A stretch of DNA of 64,000 bases from Candidatus Bathyarchaeota archaeon (GTDB taxonomy: Archaea > Thermoproteota > Bathyarchaeia > Bathyarchaeales > Bathycorpusculaceae). The translations under genes were made by a program, and so were the position numbers. The notes under the pieces were generated by a model. That model saw only the letters and a program-made list of their open reading frames with translations. It was not told the DNA's origin and searched no databases. The stretch lies in the NCBI GenBank assembly GCA_963815095.1, contig CAWFFH010000004.1, positions 192,001 through 256,000 of the forward strand, in the 5' to 3' direction. Positions 40,954-51,589 of this stretch are shown one piece after another (position 1 is the first letter of the stretch; each line of letters opens with the position of its first letter).

Positions 40954-41678
40954 TACGCATTGTCCTCCGTAAAATTAGCTAAGGTTGAAGCTTCGTTTGA
41001 TAACTCTACAGAGCCCGCCGAGAGGTAGGGATGTTTATCCAGCGTTATTCTTCTGGCGTAACTTGTCCTGTTTATCGACAATACAACGTTTGCTCTTTCG
41101 CATGTTTGCTTGTGGAGAAGATCGTTTCTTGAAGTGTCATTGTGCGGGGGATAAGTGGCAATTACAATTGTTTTTGTTTCTCTAGCAAAGTTTGAAAGGT
41201 AAGTCGCGACGTGGCAGAAGATTCTTTGAGTTTCAACTTCTGGAATGTCCTTGTCTAAGAAGAACCCCGCAATATCAGAAATGATAACGAGTTTTGCATT
41301 GTAGTTTTGAATTGTTGCTTTTAATTGGTCCTTGATAAGTGCAGCTGCTTGGTAGGCTGTGAAGGCTCTTGAAATGTAAATATTATCTAAAACTTTCCTG
41401 GGGCTAAGATGGTGAAGCCGCGCCAATTCAGCTATCTGGTAGAGCCTAAAAGTGTTCCCTCCATCAATAAAGATAACACTGCTTTGAAGGCCACCTAGCT
41501 GCACGGGAAGTTGCGCCCTTACACATAACAAAGATGCCAAAGATAAAACAGATGACGACCCATGTAGAACAGCAAAATCACCTAACGCGAATCCAGGAAA
41601 AATCTCGTTAACGCTTCTTAGGTTCAGCGAAAAAACCGGCTGAGACAACGTTTGCTTAACGATAATGTTTTGACTCAA
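40953..41678 (-). CDS. inactive RecA/RadA-like protein
   Basis: FIDGGNTF, IYISRAFTAYQ, LVIISD; Walker A replaced by LHGSSS. Confidence 0.85.
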   Translation of the reverse strand: MSQNIIVKQTLSQPVFSLNLRSVNEIFPGFALGDFAVLHGSSSVLSLASLLCVRAQLPVQLGGLQSSVIFIDGGNTFRLYQIAELARLHHLSPRKVLDNIYISRAFTAYQAAALIKDQLKATIQNYNAKLVIISDIAGFFLDKDIPEVETQRIFCHVATYLSNFARETKTIVIATYPPHNDTSRNDLLHKQTCERANVVLSINRTSYARRITLDKHPYLSAGSVELSNEASTLANFTEDNA

Positions 41679-41837
41679 ATCCTCAATTCTCCCAATTGTC
41701 GAAGAATAGCTAAACGTACTTTTTGGTTTTTAAAGACCCTCTCCAAACGAACTTGCCAGGTAGTGGAGTCTACTGTGAAAATGAACCGAAATTCAGGTTA
41801 ATGAATTGAAAGTGAATTGGATGAAGTGCTTCAAAAC

Positions 41838-41867
41838 TGTTTCATCGACTGTTTCACTCTTGTTTCA
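41838..41867 (+). promoter_or_regulatory. three TGTTTCA direct repeats (candidate TF array)
   Basis: Copies at 41838, 41850 and 41861 in the divergent intergenic region. Confidence 0.5.
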
Positions 41868-41918
41868 GCCAACTGCCATAAGCCTCTATGCACATATGGT
41901 AATATGGTGATAAACAAA

Positions 41919-42239
41919 ATGAACACAAAAAAAATTGTAATAGCTTTGGTCGCAGTAGCGGCCTTAACCTTGGTTGTCGTTGGATTAGCTTCAGCCCAAA
42001 TAGCCGCTGACCAAACGCCAGTTGGCGCTACCCCCAACACAGCATCTCCAAACGGCGGGTTCTTTGGCTGGATAGGACGATGCTTTGGTTATGGAGTAAA
42101 CCAACCATATTACAGCAGTAGCCCAAACACAGCTCAACAAGCGCCTCAATCTGACATCTCAACCCCCTCTCCATATGCGCCCTACCAAGGCAACTACGGC
42201 TACGGATATGGCTATGGACCATGCATGGGCATTCGGTAA
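41919..42239 (+). CDS. secreted low-complexity Gly/Tyr/Pro-rich protein
   Basis: MNTKKIVIALVAVAALT..ASA signal peptide; ends GYGYGYGPCMG; GGTGA RBS. Confidence 0.7.
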   Translation: MNTKKIVIALVAVAALTLVVVGLASAQIAADQTPVGATPNTASPNGGFFGWIGRCFGYGVNQPYYSSSPNTAQQAPQSDISTPSPYAPYQGNYGYGYGYGPCMGIR

Positions 42240-42385
42240 ATAGCCAACAAACCTCTTTTTCTTTTGAACCTATCTCAGAATTGAAATCATGTCACCAATT
42301 TACAAAAAGCTCTATTCAACTAATTACTGACCAGGTTTTCTTTTGTAATTCGAATATCATGTATTATATTACTCGTTTGCTTTTT

Positions 42386-42616
42386 TTAGGCTTTCATTAA
42401 TTGCCCATGGTCTTTTTCCATATGCAAATCAAGGTCATTCTTCGTATTGAAGGATTTTCCGCAAACAGGACAAATAAACTCATCTGTCTCCTGCTTTTCA
42501 ATCGGTTCATGATTAGGCAACGAATTCTTAACATCCGGTGTGGGCGGGATAACTTCATTTGTTTCTGGAGGAATTTCCGGTTCTGGTTTAACGGCTGGCA
42601 CGTCTGGTTCAGTCAT
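42386..42616 (-). CDS. C2H2 zinc-finger protein
   Basis: FICPVCGKSFNTKNDLDLHMEKDH. Confidence 0.85.
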   Translation of the reverse strand: MTEPDVPAVKPEPEIPPETNEVIPPTPDVKNSLPNHEPIEKQETDEFICPVCGKSFNTKNDLDLHMEKDHGQLMKA

Positions 42617-43404
42617 ACTAAATCAAAAAATGTAAGTTGCCCTCTCTATCTTAAGCGTATGTGATAGCCTTCCTACTACAACATGTTATCTGGCGTATAT
42701 TCAAGTTTGGAGTATGAAGGCTTGTATTAGCGTTTTTTTTCTTGGGCAGTGGTCGTCTATGCACCGGCCGCATCTTTGAATTGTTCGGCAGCTGTAGGGT
42801 CTAATTCGTGTTTTTCCAACTTTATTGGTTAAAAACCAAATAATTTGGTGTCGTGTTATGGAAGTTGCTACAAAACGTCCGATTTCATTCTAAACCCGTT
42901 GAAAACCCATTCACAAATTGTTCCAGAGTTATGGCTTCGATATTTTCTAGATGAAAATTGAGAGGTTTTCAATTTAGATGTCTGCCAACTTCTATAAAAA
43001 TTCAAGAAGCAGAGATTAATATTAATTTACCAAACTTAAATGAAGTTAAAAAAAACCTTTTATCACGTGACTTTAAAGTTATGTTTACAATTCTTGCAAG
43101 TATAGGATTCTATGCAGAACATGTGGTTTTTTAGGGTTTTGTCGGGTTTTAAAACCTCTTTCCCGCAGTTAGGACATTTAGCCAATAATGCAACCTGCCA
43201 AACTTCTATAGTAAATCCCGAAAAATCTTATGAATGTTGGTTGGCACAAAAAGAGACAACAAACTACCAAAAAGGTTCTTTTATTAATTCATTAATTATG
43301 ATCAATGGATGCATTAAGATCTATAATCGAAATAGTTTAGCTAAACTTTTCTAGTTTGCAACTCTGAAATTTATCAAATAATGAGGAATATAGTTAAGTA
43401 TTAA

Positions 43405-43641
43405 CTATGGAGTGTAAATAGCTAAGTCAATTTCACTATCCAATATTGCCAATGAACGGTCTTTAACAATCATCTTAATTTGCTCAACGCAATCGGCGGG
43501 TAAACCCTTGAAATGTATCGTACAACCTGTTTGCAGGGGATTGTTGGGTTCACTTTCCTCTATAGACATAGCTTGCGGTCCCAAATCTGGAATTTTGCTT
43601 GCAATTTCTTTTATAAGATTCATAGCTTGAACCCTATCCAC
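43405..43641 (-). CDS. small hypothetical protein (paralog of 23230..23469)
   Basis: Shared MDR..A..L..EI N-terminus and similar length. Confidence 0.65.
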   Translation of the reverse strand: MDRVQAMNLIKEIASKIPDLGPQAMSIEESEPNNPLQTGCTIHFKGLPADCVEQIKMIVKDRSLAILDSEIDLAIYTP

Positions 43642-44139
43642 TATTAATCCCCGTATTGCTTTTTTCTTTAGCTTCTGATGGTTTTTGTTGCTTTAAAAAG
43701 AGGTAAATGCCCCCGTAGTAGCTTTTGTTTAGAAGAGGAGCTTTACGGTTGCTCATATTTTGACTACCTCTGCGTATTCTCTATGGATCATTAGTTTAAA
43801 TTCCATGATCTCAGCCTAATGGCAAGATAGCCTATTTGGTAAATAACACTTCTTAAGAAGCACGATTCTCGCAATCTGCAAAGAAACCTTTGCTTCTTGC
43901 AAACTCTATTTTGCAAATTAAGCGAACAGAGCTTCACAACAAAAATATCGAGACTTGTGTTATGTTAAGTTAAGGCAAAAAATTGTTTCCATTAAGAATG
44001 CCGTAAAACAATTTGAAATTTAGTTCTTGTAAAGATTAATCATCTTTAAGGATAAATTAGTGGTTGCAAGTTGAAGTCACATACCCTAATATGATCTTAT
44101 GAAAACTTTTCTTTGAAGGTAAACAAAATGAACATACAA

Positions 44140-44523
44140 ATCGCATACACGACTCAAACGTCAAAAACTGTGCCGCAGACGTTAGAAGCGTTAACTGGCA
44201 CTCTTAAAGAGCGAAGCTTCAGTATATTAAGCACTATAAATGTAAGCAAAATAATCAAGGAAAAAACAGGCACCGACATCGATGACTACCTCATATTGGA
44301 TGTATGCAACGCCAAAGACGCCAGCCACGCCCTATCACTTCACAAAGAAGTAGGGTTAGTGCTTCCATGTAAAATCATTATCTACAAAGACAACGAAAAA
44401 ACCAAGATTTCCATGTACCGCCCAACAGAATCTATAAAAGTCCTTGGTTTTAGCGACTTAAAAGAGCTTGCGCAAGATGTTGAACATCATTTAAAAGAAG
44501 CTATTGATAGTGCAACAGTTTAA
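44140..44523 (+). CDS. DUF302 protein
   Basis: F.IL..I........K.G.....Y.ILDVCN...A......VGLVLPCKI. Confidence 0.85.
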   Translation: MAYTTQTSKTVPQTLEALTGTLKERSFSILSTINVSKIIKEKTGTDIDDYLILDVCNAKDASHALSLHKEVGLVLPCKIIIYKDNEKTKISMYRPTESIKVLGFSDLKELAQDVEHHLKEAIDSATV

Positions 44524-44540
44524 GCAAAACGTGACTGCAG

Positions 44541-44945
44541 TTATCTATTCCTGAGTTTGAGTCTGTGATTGCGTTTATGTTCTTTAGCTTTTTCCAACAA
44601 CATTTTCTTTAACGTTGTTTTCGAAATAAACGTATTATAAGTTAATTCCCCGTCTATCCGGTTTATTTTAAGCAAGTGCTCAATAACTAACCGTGCTTGA
44701 TAGACCGTTAAGTTTAGTCTTTCAGCAAGATCGTTTAAATAGACTTTTCCGCTGGATAATTCAAAGCTCAAAGCTCCAATTTCGGTTAGCTCAAAGAAAA
44801 TCGTTTCTGTCATGTTAGGAGTAAATATCCCAAGAATTTTCCCCTTGCAAATATCCTCTTCAAAAGAACGTTTGACAGCTTCAATAGAGCAATTGCTTTT
44901 TTGTGCTTCATCTTTTAAGTTAGTTACCTTCAATTTTTCTTCCAA
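44541..44945 (-). CDS. PCI/wHTH-like domain protein
   Basis: GKVYLNDLAERLNL....R.VI..L....RIDGEL. Confidence 0.55.
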   Translation of the reverse strand: MEEKLKVTNLKDEAQKSNCSIEAVKRSFEEDICKGKILGIFTPNMTETIFFELTEIGALSFELSSGKVYLNDLAERLNLTVYQARLVIEHLLKINRIDGELTYNTFISKTTLKKMLLEKAKEHKRNHRLKLRNR

Positions 44946-45043
44946 GCTTTTTGATGACTATTAGTATTTTTTTTCCTCCGTATTCTCTGCAAGTTTTTTC
45001 TTTTAAGAAATGTGTTTAACTGTAAAGCGCTAATTTTGGTCTT

Positions 45044-46210
45044 TTATTTTTTTGACTTTTTACCTGGCACCTTCGCTAATGCGATTAGTATAACTCCTGC
45101 AACAGCAATTGAAGCGGTGATTGTGGCGATAATTGGTAAATCAATATTGTTTGAAGATGTGACTGTTGGAGATTTTAACCGTGAATCCTGGATGGGGGTT
45201 GTCAGACTTAATGCGTTAAGTGGAGAGACGTTCAAGGAGGAATAGCTGTTTGAGAGGTAATAATTTGTTCCGATGCCATCTTTAAAAGACGATAAAGTTG
45301 CAGAGCCTGTTACCGTTAAATCTTTGGAAGGCATCTCCCATATAACAACCGCTTTAATGTAAGGATATTGATTTGGCAACGTATTAGTTAGCAAAGTATT
45401 CCAATATTGTCCTTTATTAGCCCCAGAATACCCTATTTCTGGAATCATTACAGGCTTATTTGTCATTGCATGAATATTTGCAAGTTCAACGTCACCTGAA
45501 TGGACTAAGTCGCCATAGATGTCTGTGCCAACCCAGTCAACATAGTTGTCGCCAGGATAGACAGATTTTAATGTGCTAGTTGAATCTCCAACATCACCTG
45601 GGCACCAAACCCAGCTTATTTGATTTCCACCCGCATTCCTAACAACATTTACTATATGTTGCCATGCTTGAACAAACTTAGCAGGTGTGTTGCCTATTCC
45701 ACTATCCCATGGATAAATTCCATAACCATTATTAATTGTATAGTCCGTCCAGGGTCCAGTAAATTCCCACATTAAACGGACAAAATATGGATGCCCCCAT
45801 TGTGCAGAAGCTTGACCCCATGCCGTTAAGTAAGTATCACATTTACCTTCAATAATATCTTGAAGACTTGAAAATATGCCTCCATTACCTGCTTCAGGTG
45901 ACCAGCTAACCATAGGTATTGCCCCATGATTTCTGCTTTGATCCATCAAAGCATTATCAAAATTGGGGATATTTTCGCTATCTTGCGGTCTGTTCCAAAG
46001 TTGTATCCAGTTCCAGATTGACACGCCTTTGCCGACTTGCCCTTCAAAATTTGTAAGTAAATTGTAGTTACCAATATGGCTACTTCCAACCCATGCACCC
46101 CAATAAATCGGATATCTGCTTGATGAAGCCGCTTTGGTACTTGATGAGAAGATTGCGCAGACTAAAACAATGATAACAAAAAAAGTCAAAGTTTTCTTGA
46201 ATAGATTCAA
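45044..46210 (-). CDS. membrane-anchored GH26 beta-mannanase-like glycoside hydrolase
   Basis: RLMWEF (acid/base), WVWCP, YPGDNYVDWVG.D.Y, KPVMIPEIG (nucleophile); signal peptide and C-terminal TM. Confidence 0.9.
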   Translation of the reverse strand: MNLFKKTLTFFVIIVLVCAIFSSSTKAASSSRYPIYWGAWVGSSHIGNYNLLTNFEGQVGKGVSIWNWIQLWNRPQDSENIPNFDNALMDQSRNHGAIPMVSWSPEAGNGGIFSSLQDIIEGKCDTYLTAWGQASAQWGHPYFVRLMWEFTGPWTDYTINNGYGIYPWDSGIGNTPAKFVQAWQHIVNVVRNAGGNQISWVWCPGDVGDSTSTLKSVYPGDNYVDWVGTDIYGDLVHSGDVELANIHAMTNKPVMIPEIGYSGANKGQYWNTLLTNTLPNQYPYIKAVVIWEMPSKDLTVTGSATLSSFKDGIGTNYYLSNSYSSLNVSPLNALSLTTPIQDSRLKSPTVTSSNNIDLPIIATITASIAVAGVILIALAKVPGKKSKK

Positions 46211-46397
46211 TGTTTCTCCAATCCTAAAACATGCTGGTACTACAATAGTTGATATGATGCCAACAGCTTAACTGATTCTTTCTAATTTAAAGATGCTCAA
46301 TGAAATTCGCGAGAAGCTCTTAGCAAATATGACGAATGAAAGTTGCTCTTGGATTCAATCAGGTATCTCGTATTATCCTATTTTTATGACTTGGTTA

Positions 46398-46523
46398 TTA
46401 ACTGTCTACTAGATGGGCTGTGCCGTCTGGGCAAAAGACTTTTTCGCCTAAGTGGACTTGGGCAAAGCGTCGTTTACATTCTGATAGTTGTCTTTCGCAT
46501 CCGTCACAATCTCGTGATAACAT
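46398..46523 (-). CDS. 41-aa Cys/His microprotein
   Basis: MLSRDCDGCERQLSECKRRFAQVHLGEKVFCPDGTAHLVDS; GGTGA RBS. Confidence 0.6.
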   Translation of the reverse strand: MLSRDCDGCERQLSECKRRFAQVHLGEKVFCPDGTAHLVDS

Positions 46524-46735
46524 ATCATCACCTTATTATGACATGCGTCATAAGTTGCTTATAGGCTTTCTCATTTTTTTTCGATTTTACTATAATTTAA
46601 GCCATCCAATATCATGTACCTGATCTCGCCGACTATTGTTGTCGGCTACTCCCACAAACGTGTTCCCAACTAAACACCTACGAGAAATGCCCTAAATGTG
46701 GCTCCCAAACTTACTTCTTTTTTTATTTTCTGCAG

Positions 46736-48814
46736 TTAGGTTTTGAGTAACTCAAGCATTTTGTCAATTTTGTTGGTAGGTGGCATGCAGGTTTGGTCAC
46801 GGCAAACGTATGCAGTGGGTTTGTGTTGGAGTTTCTCGTAGATTAAAGTTGGATTGGACTTGGCTTTTTCGGGCGTCCACATAGTCACGGTTAAGTTGGG
46901 TAAGTACGGTTTTCTTAAAGCCGCAAGCATTGCTACTATTACCTTGTCCGCTGGGTCACCCACTAAAACAACATTAAATGACGGTCCCAAAGCGAACTCT
47001 AACCCCGCAAGCAAAAACGTATGCCCAAGCGGTTGATTTTTAACTTCTTCTGAAAACGCCTTCAGCAGTTTTGTAGCGTAAGTTTCAAAGTAAACGTCTC
47101 CAGTTAAACGTGACAAACGCAGCAGATTATGCATAGCCACCGAGTTTCCTGAAGGCGCTGCTCCATCATAGATTTGTTTGAGTCTCGGAACCGAATCGTC
47201 ATCGGTTGAGGCAGTGAAGAAAAAGCCGCTTGTTTTCTCATCCCAAAATTGGTTAATCATAGTTTTGGTTAATTCAATGGAAACTTCCAAGTATTTCTCA
47301 TCAAAACCAGCTTCGTAGAGCTCAATTAACCCGAAAACCAGGTACGCGTAATCATCTAAAAACCCATAAATCGCCCTTTCACCCTTCGCATAACGATGGA
47401 ATAGCTTAGAATCAGGGGTTTTCATAGTTTTTAGAATGAAATCTGTTGTTTTTGTTGCCGCTTCTAGATATTTTGGGTTCCCTAAAACTTGACTTGCCCG
47501 AGCTAAAGCAGCAATCATCAATCCGTTCCAATCAACCAGAACCTTATCGTCTTTTGCTGGATGAACCCGTTTCTCTCTATATTGGAAAAGGGCGTTAGTG
47601 ATTTTTGCGAGCTTACCTATAAGTTCATCCATTATTAGTTTTGATTCTGAAGCCACCAGTTCTAGGGGTGTAGCAAGGTGAAGAATATTTTTTCCTGTTT
47701 TGCCTTTTTGTGGCTCATAATAGTTGCCTTCAGATTTTACGCCGAAGAACTTGATTGCTAACTCCGTGTCTTCTTGCGTAGCTTGCCTGATTTCATCAAG
47801 AGTCCAGAGGTAAAATTTTCCTTCTTCTCCTTCACTATCAGCATCTTCAGCTGAATAGAAACCTCCTTCTAGTGACGCCAAATCTCTCAAGACATATTCT
47901 ATTGTTTCCTTTGCTGTTATCATGAATTTTGCCTCGCCCGACTCTTGGTATGCTTCAAGGTAAGCTAACGTTAGCAGTGCTTGGTCATAGAGCATTTTCT
48001 CGAAATGCGGAACCAACCATTGAGCGTCGGTGGAGTAACGATGAAAACCAAGACCTACTTGGTCGAATATACCGCCTAACCTCATTGCGCGCAGGGTTTT
48101 TTCAACCATCGTCCAGGCGGATTTTTCTTTTGTTCTATTATAGTATCTTAAAAGGAATAATAGGTTGTGCGGGGAAGGGAATTTTGGGGCGTTGCCAAAT
48201 CCTCCGTTTTCCTGGTCAAAACGTAAAAACAATTGCTCGTAAGCGTTATCAAGCGTAGCTTTGTCGAGATGATTTTCTGTTTCGGCTCCTGCCTGAATTG
48301 TTAATTGCTCTTTGACTTCTTTGCCTATTGATTCCATCTCTGCTTTTCTGGTTTTCCAAATCTCCCCAATTTGAGGAACAAGGCTCAACATCCCAACTGT
48401 GCCATACCGATTGTCCTTTGGGATGTAGCTGCCTACGAAAAAAGGGTTTTTTTCTGGAGACATTATGACGTTTAGGGGCCAGCCGCAGCTTCGTCCCATT
48501 GATTGGCAAACTGCCATGTATGCAGCGTCAAGGTCTGGGCGTTCTTCGCGGTCAACTTTGATGCAGATGAAAGTTTGGTTCATTAGCTGGGCAACTGGGG
48601 CATCTTCGAAACTTTCTTTTTCCATAACGTGGCACCAGTGGCATGTTGAGTAACCTATAGAAACAAAAACTGGTTTATCCTCCGCTTTAGCCCTCTCAAA
48701 AGCCTCCGGGCTCCATGGGTACCAATCAACAGGGTTGTAAGCATGCTGAAGAAGATACGGACTTTTCTCTTTAATCAGCCTGTTAGGTTTTCTTTCTTCA
48801 GAAATGTTCTGCAT
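46736..48814 (-). CDS. YyaL/DUF255 thioredoxin-domain six-hairpin protein
   Basis: [40 protein letters not shown]. Confidence 0.93.
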   Translation of the reverse strand: MQNISEERKPNRLIKEKSPYLLQHAYNPVDWYPWSPEAFERAKAEDKPVFVSIGYSTCHWCHVMEKESFEDAPVAQLMNQTFICIKVDREERPDLDAAYMAVCQSMGRSCGWPLNVIMSPEKNPFFVGSYIPKDNRYGTVGMLSLVPQIGEIWKTRKAEMESIGKEVKEQLTIQAGAETENHLDKATLDNAYEQLFLRFDQENGGFGNAPKFPSPHNLLFLLRYYNRTKEKSAWTMVEKTLRAMRLGGIFDQVGLGFHRYSTDAQWLVPHFEKMLYDQALLTLAYLEAYQESGEAKFMITAKETIEYVLRDLASLEGGFYSAEDADSEGEEGKFYLWTLDEIRQATQEDTELAIKFFGVKSEGNYYEPQKGKTGKNILHLATPLELVASESKLIMDELIGKLAKITNALFQYREKRVHPAKDDKVLVDWNGLMIAALARASQVLGNPKYLEAATKTTDFILKTMKTPDSKLFHRYAKGERAIYGFLDDYAYLVFGLIELYEAGFDEKYLEVSIELTKTMINQFWDEKTSGFFFTASTDDDSVPRLKQIYDGAAPSGNSVAMHNLLRLSRLTGDVYFETYATKLLKAFSEEVKNQPLGHTFLLAGLEFALGPSFNVVLVGDPADKVIVAMLAALRKPYLPNLTVTMWTPEKAKSNPTLIYEKLQHKPTAYVCRDQTCMPPTNKIDKMLELLKT

Positions 48815-48885
48815 AAAAGAAGTCTCCTACTATACAAAGAACTGGTAGCTTATTTATCTATTAAACAAAAAAGAAGAATTAGGGC

Positions 48886-49332
48886 TTAATATTTTACGCT
48901 GAGGTAAAGCAACACTGACAAAGCAGCTAACTCAAAGAGTGCAGGGAGAAATGCGAACGGTCCAAGACCGTATACTCTAAATCTAAACAGTCCAGTTACG
49001 AATGGGTGCGATGCAATGTCTTTTAGTAGGAATGCTGCTGCGAAAATTATCAGTCCAACTGTAAAGGGTGACCGAGTTTTATTATAGATGCTTAAATATG
49101 ATATTAAAACGATTACGAGTAATGCGATATTTATTGTCGCTATTATTGTGAAGGCTACGTAGAAGTATTCAAAGTCACCTGGAACGGATCCTCCAGGTGG
49201 TAAAGCGCGTCTTACTAGAAAAGTGGGCTCGTGTAATGCGACTAGTGCCCAAAGAGCGGTAACTACTGCGACAGTTGCTATAATAGTGATAATTATTCCT
49301 ACTTTGAATCTATTGCTCATTTGTTTCTCCAT
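48886..49332 (-). CDS. 4-TM membrane protein co-transcribed with an ArsR-like regulator
   Basis: NI.LL..L...Y...Y....S.FT.GL..F pattern. Confidence 0.7.
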   Translation of the reverse strand: MEKQMSNRFKVGIIITIIATVAVVTALWALVALHEPTFLVRRALPPGGSVPGDFEYFYVAFTIIATINIALLVIVLISYLSIYNKTRSPFTVGLIIFAAAFLLKDIASHPFVTGLFRFRVYGLGPFAFLPALFELAALSVLLYLSVKY

Positions 49333-49350
49333 TTTGGTGTTCTCCTTTTT

Positions 49351-49653
49351 CTACTTTTTCCCGATTTTTTGCATAATCTCCTCAAATAGGAAATAATTGT
49401 CTTCCATTGTTTGAGATAGAAAGTAAGTTGCTCCATACCTGTCACCGACAGAAGTTATTATTTTGTTCTTCTCTAAGACTTCAAGGTGATGCCGCATCGT
49501 TTTGTAATCCATTTTTAGCGAGGTAGCAAGTTGATTTGCGTTCTGTGGAGTCTCTTTGAGCGAAGTGATTATTTTTGCACGGGTTGGTCCGCCTCTGGTA
49601 CCTGCGATTAGCCATCCTAGCAGGTATTTTAAGGAACGTGCATTTGCGGACAT
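49351..49653 (-). CDS. ArsR-like wHTH regulator
   Basis: WLIAGTRGGPTRAKII..L...P.NANQLA..L.MDYKT.RHHL. Confidence 0.9.
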   Translation of the reverse strand: MSANARSLKYLLGWLIAGTRGGPTRAKIITSLKETPQNANQLATSLKMDYKTMRHHLEVLEKNKIITSVGDRYGATYFLSQTMEDNYFLFEEIMQKIGKK

Positions 49654-50347
49654 TTTTTGGGTCTCCGGGCATTCGGGATTCTTTGTCAGATTTAATCTGA
49701 TTCTGGTAATAAATGTGCGCCTTTCAGCGCTTAGACTAAATTGATTTGGATCAAAATTAGGAGTTAATTTGGGTGTAATTTTGAAATATTATTTAATAAT
49801 ACATCGGGGTTTTGGTGAGATAGGTAACTGAGAAGAGATTTGAAATGAAAAAGGCCGTAAGCCCAACAACTGCCCAATCGAAAACCCCTCAAGTTTCTTC
49901 TCAGTTGCCACTTTTGTTTATCCACTAAAAATAGGTGGTAAATGTGGGAATAATCAATATAGCAATAAGATATATTTCGCAACCGAAATTCGTGATTTAC
50001 TAGTAATTCGTGCCGTCAGGTTTTTCGTTGGCAATTATGGGTTTATTCCGTTGAGTGTTTTAGCTAACCAGCAGACAGCCACCAACATTGCTAACGACTT
50101 AACTAACACCAATAAACCAGACAAGCCAATCAATCAATGCCAATTCAACGTAGATAGATTGCAGTTTATCCTCAGGTTTTGAATTTAGAGGAAGCGGAAA
50201 TGGCGGGAGTTATACTCCACGACAGTATGGCCGAGATACTGCTGGTGGATCAGAAACTATCGATTCCATAGCGGTTTCGGCAATCATTAGTATGTTGGAA
50301 CTTTTTGTAAATTAAATAGAAATTTGGGAGGCTGAATTTTCTTTGTG

Positions 50348-51589
50348 TTACTTTCGGATTTGTCCATCACCCAAAATAACGTACTTGGTTGTAGTTAGGT
50401 GCTGAACGCTCATGGGTCCCCTTGCGTGTAGTTTTTGGGTGCTGATTCCGATTTCTGCGCCTAAGCCGAATTGGTTGCCGTCTGTGAACCTTGTGGATGC
50501 GTTCCAGTAGACTGCAGCTGAATCAACTTCGCGGATGAACTGCATGGCTTTTCCAAAGTCTGCTGTGATGATGCTGTCGCTATGTTTGGTTCCGTATTTG
50601 TTGATGTGTGCAATGGCTTCATCTAAGACTTTGACGACTTTGACGCCCATAATTAAATCAAGATATTCAGTGCCCCAGTCAGCTTCCGTTGCGGGTTTTA
50701 CGTCGGAGACGATTTTGCGTGTCTCTTCGTCTCCTCTCACTTCCACACCATTCTTGCGCAACTCCGCAATCACTACGGGTAAGTACTGTTTGGCGATCTT
50801 TTGGTGAACCAGAAGTTTTTCGGCTGCGTTGCAGGTTCCGGGGCGTTGGCATTTTGCGTTTATCACGATGAGTGTTGCCTTATCGAGGTCAGCGTCTTCT
50901 TCTACGTAGATGTGGCAGTTGCCTGTTCCTGTTTCGATAACTGGAATTCTGGATTTCTCAACGACGGTTTTGATTAGGTCTGCGCCGCCTCGGGGAATCA
51001 ACACATCGATGAACTCTCGCATACCCATCAACTCCTCTGCCACCTTGCGATCAGCTGAATTCAACACTTGAATCGCGTCAACAGGCACGTTCGTCCCAGC
51101 CAACGCATCCCGAAGTACCTCGGCAATGGCAACATTAGAGTTTAAAGCATCTGAACCGCCACGCAAAATCACTGCATTGCCCGATTTTACGCAGATACCA
51201 GCGGAATCCGAAGTCACGTTGGGACGCGACTCGTAGATTATGCCGACTACTCCTAAGGGTACGCGAACTTGACTAATTATTAGACCGTTGGGGCGCGTCC
51301 AGCTACTAAGGATGGTACCGATCGGGTCAGGGAGAGCGGAAACCTCCCGAAGTTCATTTGCCATGGTCTGAACCTTCTTTTGGTCTAACGCTAAACGATC
51401 CAGCAACGCTGCTTTAACGCCTTTAGCTTTTGCAGTTTCAACGTCTGCTTTATTCGCCGCCAAAATCTTCTCAGCATTCGCTTCTAAGGCGTTTGCCATT
51501 CTGCAAAGTGCCACATTTTTGGCATCTGCTGAAAGCTTGCCTATTTCAAAGGCTGCAACTTTGGCTTTTACGCATATTTCACGTATCAT
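50348..51589 (-). CDS. proA: gamma-glutamyl phosphate reductase
   Basis: IYESRPNVT, IPRGG, CNAAE, NASTRFTDG..FGLGAEIGISTQKLHARGP. Confidence 0.97.
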   Translation of the reverse strand: MIREICVKAKVAAFEIGKLSADAKNVALCRMANALEANAEKILAANKADVETAKAKGVKAALLDRLALDQKKVQTMANELREVSALPDPIGTILSSWTRPNGLIISQVRVPLGVVGIIYESRPNVTSDSAGICVKSGNAVILRGGSDALNSNVAIAEVLRDALAGTNVPVDAIQVLNSADRKVAEELMGMREFIDVLIPRGGADLIKTVVEKSRIPVIETGTGNCHIYVEEDADLDKATLIVINAKCQRPGTCNAAEKLLVHQKIAKQYLPVVIAELRKNGVEVRGDEETRKIVSDVKPATEADWGTEYLDLIMGVKVVKVLDEAIAHINKYGTKHSDSIITADFGKAMQFIREVDSAAVYWNASTRFTDGNQFGLGAEIGISTQKLHARGPMSVQHLTTTKYVILGDGQIRK

